A stretch of 64,000 bases of DNA from Eledone cirrhosa (Eukaryota): NCBI GenBank assembly GCA_964016885.1, contig OZ024742.1, positions 184,822,001 through 184,886,000 on the forward strand, in the 5' to 3' direction. This document shows, piece by piece, positions 12,501-24,500 of the stretch (its first letter is position 1; the number at the start of each line of letters is the position of its first letter). Below the pieces are notes generated by a model. The model had not been told where the DNA came from and did no database searches. It saw only the letters and a list, made by a program, of their open reading frames with translations. The translations under genes were made by a program, and so were the position numbers.

Positions 12501-15500
12501 TTAAGTTAAGTTGGGGTTAAGTTAAGTCGGGGTTAAGTTAAGTTGGGGTTAAGTTAAGTTGGGGATAAGTTAAGTTGGGGTCAAGTTAAGTTGGGGTTAA
12601 GTTAAGTTGGAGTTAAGTTAAGTCCCGGTTAAGTTAAGTTGGGGTTAAGTTAAGATGGGGTTAAGTTAAGTTGGGGTTAAGTTAAGTTGGGGTTAAGATA
12701 AGTTGGGGTTAAGTTAAGTTGGGGTTGAGTTAAGTTGGGGTTGAGTTAATTGGGGTTAAGTTAAGTTGGGGTTAACTTAAGTTGGGTTTAAGTTAAGTTG
12801 GGGTTAAGTTAAGTTGGGGTTAAATTAAGTTGGGGTTAAGATAAGTTGGGGTTAAGTTAAGTCGGGGTTAAGTTAAGTCGGGGTTAAGTTAAGTTGGGGT
12901 TAAGTTAACTTGGTGTTAAGTTAAGTTGGGGCTCAGTTAAGTTGGGGTTGAGTTAAGTTGGGGTCAATTTAAGTTGGGACTAAGCTAAGTTGGGGTTAAG
13001 TTAAGTTGGGGTTAAGTTAAGTTGGCGCTAAGTTTAGTGAAGGTTAAGTTAAGTTGGGGTTGAGTTAAGTTGGGGTTAAGTTAAGTTGGGGTTAAGTTAA
13101 GTTAGGGTTAAGTTAAGCTTGGGTTAAGTTAAGTTGGGGTTGAGTTAATTTGGGGTTGAGTTAAGTTGGGGTTGAGTTAAGTTGGGGTTGAGTTAAGTTG
13201 GGGTTAAGTTAAGTTGGGGTTAACTTAAGTTGGTGTTAAGTTAAGTTGGGGTCAATTTAAGTTGAGGTTAAGTTAACTTGGGATCAAGTTAAGTTGGGGT
13301 TAACTTAAATAGAGGTTAAGATAAGTTGGGGTTAAGTTAAGTTGGGGGTAAGTTAAGTTGGGGGTAAGTTAAGTTTGGGTTAAGTTGGGGTTAAGTTAAG
13401 TTAGGGTTAAGTTACGTTGGGGTTGAGTTAAGTTGGGGTCTATTTAAATTGGGGTTAAGTTAACTTTGTGGTTCAGTTAAGTTGGGGTTAAGTTAAGTTG
13501 GGGCTTATTTAAGTTGGGGTTAAGTTAAGTTGTGGTTAAGTTAAGTTGGGGTTAAGTTAAGTTGGGGTTAAGTTAAGTTGGGGTTAAGTTAAGTTGGGGT
13601 TAAATTAAGCTGGGTTGAAGTTAAGTTGGGGTTAAGTTAAGTTGGGGTTAAGTTAAGTTGGGGTTAAGTTAAGTTGGGGTTAAGTTAAGTCGGGGTTAAG
13701 TTAATTTGGGGTTCAGTTAAGTTGGGGTTAAGTTAAGTTGGGGCTTATTTAAGTTGGGGTTAAGTTAAGTTGTGGTTAAGTTAAGTTGGGGTTAAGTTAA
13801 GTCGGGGTTAAGTTAAGTCGGGGTTAAGTTAAGTTGTGGTTAAGTTAAGTTGGGGTTAAGTTAAGTTGGGGTTAAGTTAAGTTAGGGATAAGCTAAGTTG
13901 GCGTTAAGTTAAGTTGGGGTTAAGTTAAGTTGGGGTTAAGTTAAGTTGTGGTTAAGTTAAGTTGGGGCTGAGTTAAGTTGGGGTCAAGTTAAGTTGGGGT
14001 TGAGTTAAGTTGGGGTTAAGTTAACTTGGGGTTAATTTAAGTTGGGGTTAAGTCAAATTGGGTTTGAGTTAAGTTAGGGTTAAGTTAAGTTGGGGTTAAG
14101 TTAAGTTGGGGTTAAGTTAAGTTGGGGTTAAATTAAGCTGGGTTTAAGTTAAGTTGGGGTTAAGTTAAGTTGGGGTTAAGTTAAGTTGGGGTTAAGTTAA
14201 GTTGAGGTTAAGTTAAGTTGGGGTTAAATTCAGTTGGGGTTAAGTTAAGTTGGGGTTAAGTTAATTTGGGGATAAGTTAAGTTGAGTTTAAGTTAAGTTG
14301 GAGTTGATTTAAGTTGAGGTTAAGTTAAGTTGTGGTAAAGTTAAGTTGGGGTTAAGTTAAGTTGGGGTTAAGTTAAGTTGGGGTTCAGTTAAGTTGGGGT
14401 TAAGTTAAGTAGGGGTTCAGTTGGGGTTAAATTAAGTTGGGGTTAAGTTAAGTTGGGGTTAAGTTAAGTTGGGGTTAAGTTAAGTTGGGGTTAAGTTAAG
14501 TTGGGGTTGAGTTAAGTTGGGGTTAAGTTAAGTCGGGGTTAAGTTAAGTTGGGGTTAAGTTAAGTTGGGGTTAAGTTAAGTTGGGGTTAAGTTAAGTTGG
14601 GGTTGAGTTAAGTTGGGGTTAAGTTAAGTTGGGTTTAAGTTAAGTTGGGGTTAAGTTAAGTTGGGGTTAAGTTAAGGTGGGGTTAAGTTAAGTTGGGGTT
14701 AAGTTAAGTCGGGGTTAAGTTAAGTTGGGGTGAAGTTAAGTTGGGGTTAAGTTAAGTTGGGGTTAAGTTAAGTTCGGGTTAAGATAAGTTGGGGTTAAGT
14801 TAAGTTGGGGTTGAGTTAAGTTCGGGTTGAGTTAATTTGGGGTTAAGTTAAGTTGGGGTTAACTTAAGTTGGGGTTAAGTTAAGTTGGCGTTCAGTTAAG
14901 TTGCGGTTAAGTTAAGTTGGGGTTAACTTAAGTCGGGTTTAAGTTAAGTTGGGGTTAAGTTAAGTTGGGGTCAAGTTAAGTTGGGGTTAAGTTAAGTTGG
15001 GGTTAAGTTAAGTTGGGGTTAAGTTAAGTCGGGGTTAAGTTAAGTTGGGGTTAAGTTAAGTTGGGGTTAAGTTAAGTTGGGGTCAAGTTAAGTTGGGGTT
15101 AAGTTAAGTTGGGGTTAAGTTAAGTTGGGGTTAAGTTAAGTCGCGGTTAAGTTAAGTTGGGGTTAAGTTAAGATGGGGTTAAGTTAAGTTGTGGTTAAGT
15201 TAAGTTGGGGTTAAGATAAGTTGGGGTTAAGTTAAGTTGCGGTTGAGTTAAGTTGGGGTTGAGTTAATTGGGGTTAAGTTAAGTTGGGGTTAACTTAAGT
15301 TGGGTTTAAGTTAAGTTGGGGTTAAGTTAAGTTGGGGTTAAATTAAGTTGGGGTTATGATAAGTTGGGGTTAAGTTAAGTCGGGGTTAAGTTATGTCGGG
15401 GTTAAGTTAAGTTGGGGTTAAGTTAACTTGGTGTTAAGTTAAGTTGGGGTTCAGTTAAGTTGGGGTTGAGTTAAGTTGGGGGTCAAGTTAAGTTGGGGTT

Positions 15501-18500
15501 AAGCTAAGTTGGGGTTAAGTTAAGTTGGGGTTAAGTTAAGTTGGGGTTAATTTAAGTTTTGGTTAAGTTAAGTTGGGGCTGAGTTAAGTTGGGGTCAAGT
15601 TAAGTTGGGGTTGAGTTAAGAAGGGGTTAAGTTAACTTGGGGTTAAGTTAACTTGGGGTTAAGTTAAGTTGGGGTTAAGTTAAGTTGGGGTTAAGTTAAG
15701 TTGGGGTTAAGATAAGTTGGGGTTAAGTTAAGTTGGGGTTGAGTTAAGTTGGGGTTGAGTTAATTTGGGGTTAAGTTAAGTTGGGGTTAACTTAAGTTGG
15801 GGTTCAGTTAAGTTGGCGTTCAGTTAAGTTGCGGTGAAGTTAAGTTGGGGTTAACTTAAGTCGGGGTTAAGTTAAGTTGGGGTTAAGTTAAGTTGGGGTC
15901 AAGTTAAGTTGGGGTTAAGTTAAGTTGGGGTTATGTTAAGTTGGGGTTAAGTTAAGTTGGGGTTAAGTTAAGTCGGGGTTAAGTTAAGTTGGGGTTAAGT
16001 TAAGTTGGGGTTAAGTTAAGTTGGGGTCAAGTTAAGTTGGGGTTAAGTTAAGTTGGGGTTAAGTTAAGTCGCGGTTAAGTTAAGTTGGGGTTAAGTTAAG
16101 ATGGGGTTAAGTTAAGTTGGGGTTAAGTTAAGTTGGGGTTAAGATAAGTTGGGGTTAATTTAAGTTGGGGTTGAGTTAAGTTGGGGTTGAGTTAATTGGG
16201 GTTAAGTTAAGTTGGGGTTAACTTAAGTTGGGTTTAAGTTAAGTTGGGGTTAAGTTAAGTTGGGGTTAAATTAAGTTGGGGTTAAGATAAGTTGGGGTTA
16301 AGTTAAGTCGGTGTTAAGTTAAGTCGGGGTTAAGTTAAGTTCGGGTTAAGTTAACTTGCTGTTAAGTTAAGTTGGGGCTCAGTTAAGTTGGGGTTGAGTT
16401 AAGTTGGGGTCAAGTTAAGTTGGGACTAAGCTAAGTTGGGGTTAAGTTAAGTTGGGGTTAAGTTAAGTTGGCGCTAAGTTAAGTGAAGGTTAAGTTAAGT
16501 TGGGGTTGAGTTAAGTTGGGGTTAAGTTAAGTTGGGGTTGAGTTAAGTTGGGGTTGTGTTAAGTTGGGGTTGAGTTAAGTTGGGGTTACGTTAAGTTGGG
16601 GTTAAGTTAAGTTGGGGTTAAGTTAAGTTGGGGTTAAGTTAAGTTGGGGTTAAGTTAAGTTGGGGTTAAGTTAAGTCGGGGTTAAGTTAAGTTGGGGCTA
16701 AGTTAAGTTGGGGCTTATTTAAGTTGGGGTTAAGTTAAGTTGTGGTTAAGTTAAGTTGGGGTTAAGTTAAGTTGGGGTTAAGTTAAGTTGGGGTTAAGTT
16801 AAGTTGGGGTTAAATTAAGCTGGGTTGAAGTTAAGTTGGGGTTAAGTTAAGTTGGGGTTAAGTTAAGTTGGGGTTAAGTTAAGTTGGGGTTAAGTTAAGT
16901 CGGGGTTAAGTTAATTTGGGGTTCAGTTAAGTTGGGGTTAAGTTAAGTTGGGGCTTATTTAAGTTGGGGTTAAGTTAAGTTGTGGTTAAGTTAAGTTGGG
17001 GTTAAGTTAAGTCGGGGTTAAGTTAAGTCGGGGTTAAGTTAAGTTGTGGTTAAGTTAAGTTGGGGTTAAGTTAAGTTGGGGTTAAGTTAAGTTAGGGATA
17101 AGCTAAGTTGGCGTTAAGTTAAGTTGGGGTTAAGTTAAGTTGGGGTTAAGTTAAGTTGAGGTTAAGTTAAGTTGGGGTTAAATTCAGTTGGGGTTAACTT
17201 AAGTTGGGGTTAAGTTAAGTTGGGGTTAAGTTAAGTTGAGTTTAAGTTAAGTTGGAGTTAATTTAAGTTGAGGTTAAGTTAAGTTGTGGTAAAGTTAAGT
17301 TGGGGTTAAGTTAAGTTGGGGTTAAGTTAAGTTGGGGTTCAGTTAAGTTGGGGTTAAGTTAAGTAGGGGTTCAGTTGGGGTTAAATTAAGTTGGGGTTAA
17401 GTTAAGTTGGGGTTAAGTTAAGTTGGGGTTAAGTTAAGTTGGGGTTAAGTTAAGTTGGGGTTAAGTTAAGTTGGGGTTGAGTTAAGTTGGGGTTAAGTTA
17501 AGTCGGGGTTAAGTTAAGTTGGGGTTAAGTTAAGTTGGGGTTAAGTTAAGTTGGGGTTAAGTTAAGTTGGGGTTGAGTTAAGTTGGGGTTAAGTTAAGTT
17601 GGGGTTGAGTTAAGTTGGCGTTCAGTTAAGTTGCGGTTAAGTTAAGTTGGGGTTAACTTAAGTCGGGTTTAAGTTAAGTTGGGGTTAAGTTAAGTTGGGG
17701 TCAAGTTAAGTTGGGGTTAAGTTAAGTTGGGGTTAAGTTAAGTTGGGGTTAAGTTAAGTCGGGGTTACGTTAAGTTGGGGTTAAGTTAAGTTGGGGTTAA
17801 GTTAAGTTGGGGTCAAGTTAAGTTGGGGTTAAGTTAAGTTGGGGTTAAGTTAAGTTGGGGTTAAGTTAAGTCGCGGTTAAGTTAAGTTGGGGTTAAGTTA
17901 AGATGGGGTTAAGTTAAGTTGTGGTTAAGTTAAGTTGGGGTTAAGATAAGTTGGGGTTAAGTTAAGTTGCGGTTGAGTTAAGTTGGGGTTGAGTTAATTG
18001 GGGTTAAGTTAAGTTGGGGTTAACTTAAGTTGGGTTTAAGTTAAGTTGGGGTTAAGTTAAGTTGGGGTTAAATTAAGTTGGGGTTATGATAAGTTGGGGT
18101 TAAGTTAAGTCGGGGTTAAGTTATGTCGGGGTTAAGTTAAGTTGGGGTTAAGTTAACTTGGTGTTAAGTTAAGTTGGGGTTCAGTTAAGTTGGGGTTGAG
18201 TTAAGTTGGGGGTCAAGTTAAGTTGGGGTTAAGCTAAGTTGGGGTTAAGTTAAGTTGGGGTTAAGTTAAGTTGCGGTTAAGTTAAGTTGGGGTTAACTTA
18301 AGTCGGGGTTAAGTTAAGTTGGGGTTAAGTTAAGTTGGGGTCAAGTTAAGTTGGGGTTAAGTTAAGTTGGGGTTAAGTTAAGTTGGGGTTAAGTTAAGTC
18401 GGGGTTAAGTTAAGTTGGGGTTAAGTTAAGTTGGGGTTAAGTTAAGTTGGGGTCAAGTTAAGTTGGGGTTAAGTTAAGTTGGGGTTAAGTTAAGTTGGGG

Positions 18501-21500
18501 TTAAGTTAAGTCGCGGTTAGTTAAGTTGGGGTTAAGTTAAGATGGGGTTAAGTTAAGTTGTGGTTAAGTTAAGTTGGGGTTAAGATAAGTTGGGGTTAAG
18601 TTAAGTTGCGGTTGAGTTAAGTTAGGTTTGAGTTAATTGGGGTTAAGTTAAGTTGGGGCTAAGTTAAGTTGGGGCTAAGTTAAGTTGGGGCTAAGTTAAG
18701 TTGGGGTTAAGTTAAGGTGGGGTTTAGTTAAGTTGGGGTTGAGTTAAGTTGGGGTTGAGTTAAGTTGGGGTTAAGTTAAGTTGGGGTTAAGTTAAGTTAG
18801 GGTTAACTTAAGTTGGGGTTAAGTTAAGTTTAGGTTAACTTAAGTTGGGGTTAAGTTAAGTTGGGGTTAAGTTAAGTTGGGGCTAAGTTAAGTTGGGGCT
18901 AAGTTAAGTTGGGGCTAAGTTAAGTTGGGGTTAAGTTAAGGTGGGTTTTAGTTAAGTTGGGGTTGAGTTAAGTTGGGGTTGAGTTAAGTTAGGGTTAAGT
19001 TAAGTTGGGGTTAAGTTAAGTTAGGGTTAACTTAAGTTGGGGTTAAGTTAAGTTGGGGTTTAATTAAGTTGGGGTTGAGTTAAGTTGGGGTTGAGTTAAG
19101 TTGGGCTTGAGTTAAGTTGGGGTTGAGTTAAGTTGGGCTTATCTTAAGTTGGGGTTAATTTAAGATGGGGTTAAGTTAAGTTGGGGTTAAGTTAATTTGG
19201 GGTTAAGTTAAGTTGGGGTTAAGTTAAGTTGGGGTTATGTTAAGTTGGGGTTAAGTTAAGTTGAGGTTAACTTAAGTTGGGGTTAAGTTAAGTTGGGGTT
19301 AAGTTAAGTTGGGGCTAAGTTAAGTTGGGGCTAAGTTAAGTTGGGGTTAAGTTAAGTTGGGGTTAAGTTAAGTTGGGGTCAACTTAAGTTGGGGCTAAGT
19401 TAAGTTGGGGTTAAGTTAAGTTGGGGCTAAGTTAAGTTGGAGTTAAGTTAAGTTGGGGTTAAATTAAGTTGGGGTCAACGTAAGTTGGGGTTAAGTTAAG
19501 TTGGGGTTAAGTTAATTTGGGGGTAAGTTATGTTGGGGTTAAGTTAAGTTGGGGTTAAGTTAAGTTGGGGTTAAGTTAAGTTGGGGCTGAGTTAAATTGG
19601 GGCTGTGTTAAGTTGGGGTTAAGTTAAGTTGGGGTTAAGTTAAGTTGGGGTTAAGTTAAGTTGGGGTTAAGTTGGGGTTAAATTAAGTTGGGGTTAATTT
19701 AAGTTGGGGTTAAGTTAAGTTGGGTTTAGGTTAAGTTGGGGTTGAGTTAAGTTGGGGTTAAGTTAAGTTGGGGTTAATTTAAGTTGGGGTTAAGTTAAGT
19801 TGGGGCTGAGTTAAGTTGGGGTTAAGTTAAGTTGGGGTTGAGTTAAGTTGGGGTTAAGTTAAGTTGGAGTTAAGTTAAGTCGGGATTAAGTTAAGTTGGG
19901 GTTAAGTTAAGTTGGGGTTAAGTTAAGTTGGGGTTAAGTTAAGTTGGGGTTAAGTTAAGTTGGGGTTAAGATAAGTTGGGGTTAAGTTAAGTTGGGGTTG
20001 AGTTAAGTTGGGGTTGAGTTAATTTGGGGTTAAGTTAAGTTGGGGTTAACTTAAGTTGGGGTTCAGTTAAGTTGGCGTTCAGTTAAGTTGCGGTGAAGTT
20101 AAGTTGGGGTTAACTTAAGTCGGGGTTAAGTTAAGTTGGGGTTAAGTTAAGTTGGGGTCAAGTTAAGTTGGGGTTAAGTTAAGTTGGGGTTAAGTTAAGT
20201 TGGGGTTAAGTTAAGTCGGGGTTAAGTTAAGTTGGGGTTAAGTTAAGTTGGGGTTAAGTTAAGTTGGGGTCAAGTTAAGTTGGGGTTAAGTTAAGTTGGG
20301 GTTAAGTTAAGTTGGGGTTAAGTTAAGTCGCGGTTAGTTAAGTTGGGGTTAAGTTAAGATGGGGTTAAGTTAAGTTGTGGTTAAGTTAAGTTGGGGTTAA
20401 GCTAAGTTGGGGTTAAGTTAAGTTGCGGTTGAGTTAAGTTAGGTTTGAGTTAATTGGGGTTAAGTTAAGTTGGGGCTAAGTTAAGTTGGGGCTAAGTTAA
20501 GTTGGGGCTAAGTTAAGTTGGGGTTAAGTTAAGGTGGGGTTTAGTTAAGTTGGGGTTGAGTTAAGTTGGGGTTGAGTTAAGTTAGGGTTAAGTTAAGTTG
20601 GGGTTAAGTTAAGTTAGGGTTAACTTAAGTTGGGGTTAAGTTAAGTTGGGGTTGAGTTAAGTTGGGGTTTAATTAAGTTGGGGTTGAGTTAAGTTGGGGT
20701 TGAGTTAAGTTGGGCTTGAGTTAAGTTGGGGTTGAGTTAAGTTGGGCTTATCTTAAGTTGGGGTTAATTTAAGATGGGGTTAGGTTAAGTTGGGGTTAAG
20801 TTAATTTGGGGTTAAGTTAAGTCGGGGTTAAGTTAAGTTGGGGTTAAGTTAAGTTGGGGTTAAGTTAAGTTGGGGTCAAGTTAAGTTGGGGTTAAGTTAA
20901 GTTGGGGTTAAGTTAAGTCGCGGTTAAGTTAAGTTGGGGTTAAGTTAAGATGGGGTTAAGTTAAGTTGGGGTTAAGTTAAGTTGGGGTTAAGATAAGTTG
21001 GGGTTAAGTTAATTTGGGGTTGAGTTAAGTTGGGGTTGAGTTAATTGGGGTTAAGTTAAGTTGGGGTTGAGTTAAGTTGGGGTTGAGTTAAGTTGGGGTT
21101 GAGTTAAGTTGGGGTTACGTTAAGTTGGGGTTAAGTTAAGTTGGGGTTAAGTTAAGTTTAGGTTAACTTAAGTTGGGGTTAAGTTAAGTTGGGGTTAAGT
21201 TAAGTTGGGGCTAAGTTAAGTTGGGGCTGAGTTAAGTTGGGGCTAAGTTAAGTTGGGGTTAAGTTAAGGTGGGGTTTAGTTAAGTTGGGGTTGAGTTAAG
21301 TTGGGGTTGAGTTAAGTTGGGGTTGAGTTAAGTTGGGGTTGAGTTAAGTTGGGCTTGAGTTAAGTTGGGGTTGAGTTAAGTTGGGCTTATCTTAAGTTGG
21401 GGTTAATTTAAGATGGGGTTAAGTTAAGTTGGGGTTAAGTTAATTTGGGGTTAAGTTAAGTTGGGGTTAAGTTAAGTTGGGGTTATGTTAAGTTGGGGTT

Positions 21501-24500
21501 AAGTTAAGTTGGGGTTAAGTTAACTTGCTGTTAAGTTAAGTTGGGGCTCAGTTAAGTTGGGGTTGAGTTAAGTTGGGGTCAAGTTAAGTTGGGACTAAGC
21601 TAAGTTGGGGTTAAGTTAAGTTGGGGTTAAGTTAAGTTGGCGCTAAGTTAAGTGAAGGTTAAGTTAAGTTGGGGTTGAGTTAAGTTGGGGTTAAGTTAAG
21701 TTGGGGTTGAGTTAAGTTGGGGTTGAGTTAAGTTGGGGTTGAGTTAAGTTGGGGTTACGTTAAGTTGGGGTTAAGTTAAGTTGGGGTTAAGTTAAGTTTA
21801 GGTTAACTTAAGTTGGGGTTAAGTTAAGTTGGGGTTAAGTTAAGTTGGGGCTAAGTTAAGTTGGGGCTAAGTTAAGTTGGGGCTAAGTTAAGTTGGGGTT
21901 AAGTTAAGGTGGGGTTTAGTTAAGTTGGGGTTGAGTTAAGTTGGGGTTGAGTTAAGTTGGGGTTAAGTTAAGTTGGGGTTAAGGTAAGTTAGGGTTAACT
22001 TAAGTTGGGGTTAAGTTAAGTTGGGGTTGAGTTAAGTTGGGGTTTAATTAAGTTGGGGTTGAGTTAAGTTGGGGTTGAGTTAAGTTGGGGTTAAGTTAAT
22101 TTGGGGTTAAGTTAAGTTGGGGTTAAGTTAAGTTGGGGTTATGTTAAGTTGGGGTTAAGTTAAGTTGAGGTTAACTTAAGTTGGGGTTAAGTTAAGTTGG
22201 GGTTAAGTTAAGTTGGGGCTAAGTTAAGTTGGGGCTAAGTTAAGTTGGGGTTAAGTTAAGTTGGGGTTAAGTTAAGTTGGGGTCAACTTAAGTTGGGGCT
22301 AAGTTAAGTTGGGGTTAAGTTAAGTTGCGGCTAAGTTAAGTTGGGGTTAAGTTAAGTTGGGGTTAAATTAAGTTGGGGTCAACGTAAGTTGGGGTTAAGT
22401 TAAGTTGGGGTTAAGTTAATTTGGGGGTAAGTTAAGTTGGGGTTAAGTTAAGTTGGGGTTAAGTTAAGTTGGGGTTAAGTTAAGTTGGGGCTGAGTTAAG
22501 TTGGGGCTGTGTTAAGTTGGGGTTAAGTTAAGTTGGGGTTAAGTTAAGTTGGGGTTAAGTTGGGGTTAAATTAAGTTGGGTTTAGGTTAAGTTGGGGTTG
22601 AGTTAAGTTGGGGTTAAGTTAAGTTGGGGTTAATTTAAGTTGGGGTTAAGTTAAGTTGGGGCTGAGTTAAGTTGGGGTTAAGTTAAGTTGGGGTTGAGTT
22701 AAGTTGGGGTTAAGTTAAGTTGGGGTTAAGTTAAGTCGGGGTTAAGTTAAGTTGGGGTTAAGTTAAGTTGGGGTTAAGTTAAGTTGGGGTTAAGTTAAGT
22801 TGGGGTTAAGTTAAGTTGGGGTTAAGATAAGTTGGGGTTAAGTTAAGTTGGGGTTGAGTTAAGTTGGGGTTGAGTTAATTTGGGGTTAAGTTAAGTTGGG
22901 GTTAACTTAAGTTGGGGTTCAGTTAAGTTGGCGTTCAGTTAAGTTGGGGTTAAGTTAAGTTGCGGTTAAGTTAAGTTGGGGTTAAGTTAAGTTGGGGTTA
23001 AGTTAAGTTGGGGTTAAGATAAGTTGGGGTTAAGTTAAGTTGGGGTTGAGTTAAGTTGGGGTTGAGTTAATTGGGGTTAAGTTAAGTTGGGGTTAACTTA
23101 AGTTGGGTTTAAGTTAAGTTGGGGTTAAGTTAAGTTGGGGTTAAATTAAGTTGGGGTTAAGATAAGTTGGGGTTAAGTTAAGTCGGGGTTAAGTTAAGTC
23201 GGGGTTAAGTTAAGTTGGGGTTAAGTTAACTTGGTGTTAAGTTAAGTTGGGGCTCAGTTAAGTTGGGGTTGAGTTAAGTTGGGGTCAAGTTAAGTTGGGA
23301 CTAAGCTAAGTTGGGGTTAAGTTAAGTTGGGGTTAAGTTAAGTTGGCGCTAAGTTAAGTGAAGGTTAAGTTAAGTTGGGGTTGAGTTAAGTTGGGGTTAA
23401 TTTAAGTTGGGGTTGAGTTAAGTTGGGGTTGAGTTAAGTTGGGGTTGAGTTAAGTTGGGGTTACGTTAAGTTGGGGTTAAGTTAAGTTGGGGTTAAGTTA
23501 AGTTTAGGTTAACTTAAGTTGGGGTTAAGTTAAGTTGGGGTTAAGTTAAGTTGGGGCTAAGTTAAGTTGGGGCTAAGTTAAGTTGGGGTTGAGTTAAGTT
23601 GGGCTTGAGTTAAGTTGGGGTTGAGTTAAGTTGGGCTTATCTTAAGTTGGGGTTAATTTAAGATGGGGTTAAGTTAAGTTGGGGTTAAGTTAATTTGGGG
23701 TTAAGTTAAGTTGGGGTTAAGTTAAGTTGGGGTTATGTTAAGTTGGGGTTAAGTTAAGTTGAGGTTAACTTAAGTTGGGGTTAAGTTAAGTTGGGGTTAA
23801 GTTAAGTTGGGGCTAAGTTAAGTTGGGGCTAAGTTAAGTTGGGGTTAAGTTAAGTTGGGGTTAAGTTAAGTTGGGGTCAACGTAAGTTGGGGTTAAGTTA
23901 AGTTGGGGTTAAGTTAATTTGGGGGTAAGTTAAGTTGGGGTTAATTTAAGTTGGGGTTAAGTTAAGTTGGGGTTAAGTTAAGTTGGGGCTGAGTTAAGTT
24001 GGGGCTGTGTTAAGTTGGGGTTAAGTTAAGTTGAGGTTAAGTTGGGGTTAAATTAAGTTGGGTTAATTTAAGTTGGGGTTAAGTTAAGTTGGGTTTAGGT
24101 TAAGTTGGGGTTGAGTTAAGTTGGGGTTAAGTTAAGTTGGGGTTAATTTAAGTTGGGGTTAAGTTAAGTTGGGGCTGAGTTAAGTTGGGGTTAAGTTAAG
24201 TTGGGGTTGAGTTAAGTTGGGGTTAAGTTAAGTTGGGGTTAAGTTAAGTCGGGGTTAAGTTAAGTTGGGGTTAAGTTAAGTTGGGGTTAAGTTAAGTTGG
24301 GTTTAAGATAAGTTGGGGTTAAGTTAAGTTGGGGTTGAGTTAAGTTGGGGTTGAGTTAATTTGGGGTTAAGTTAAGTTGGGGTTAACTTAAGTTGGGGTT
24401 CAGTTAAGTTGGCGTTCAGTTAAGTTGCGGTGAAGTTAAGTTGGGGTTAACTTAAGTCGGGGTTAAGTTAAGTTGGGGTCAAGTTAAGTTGGGGTTAAGT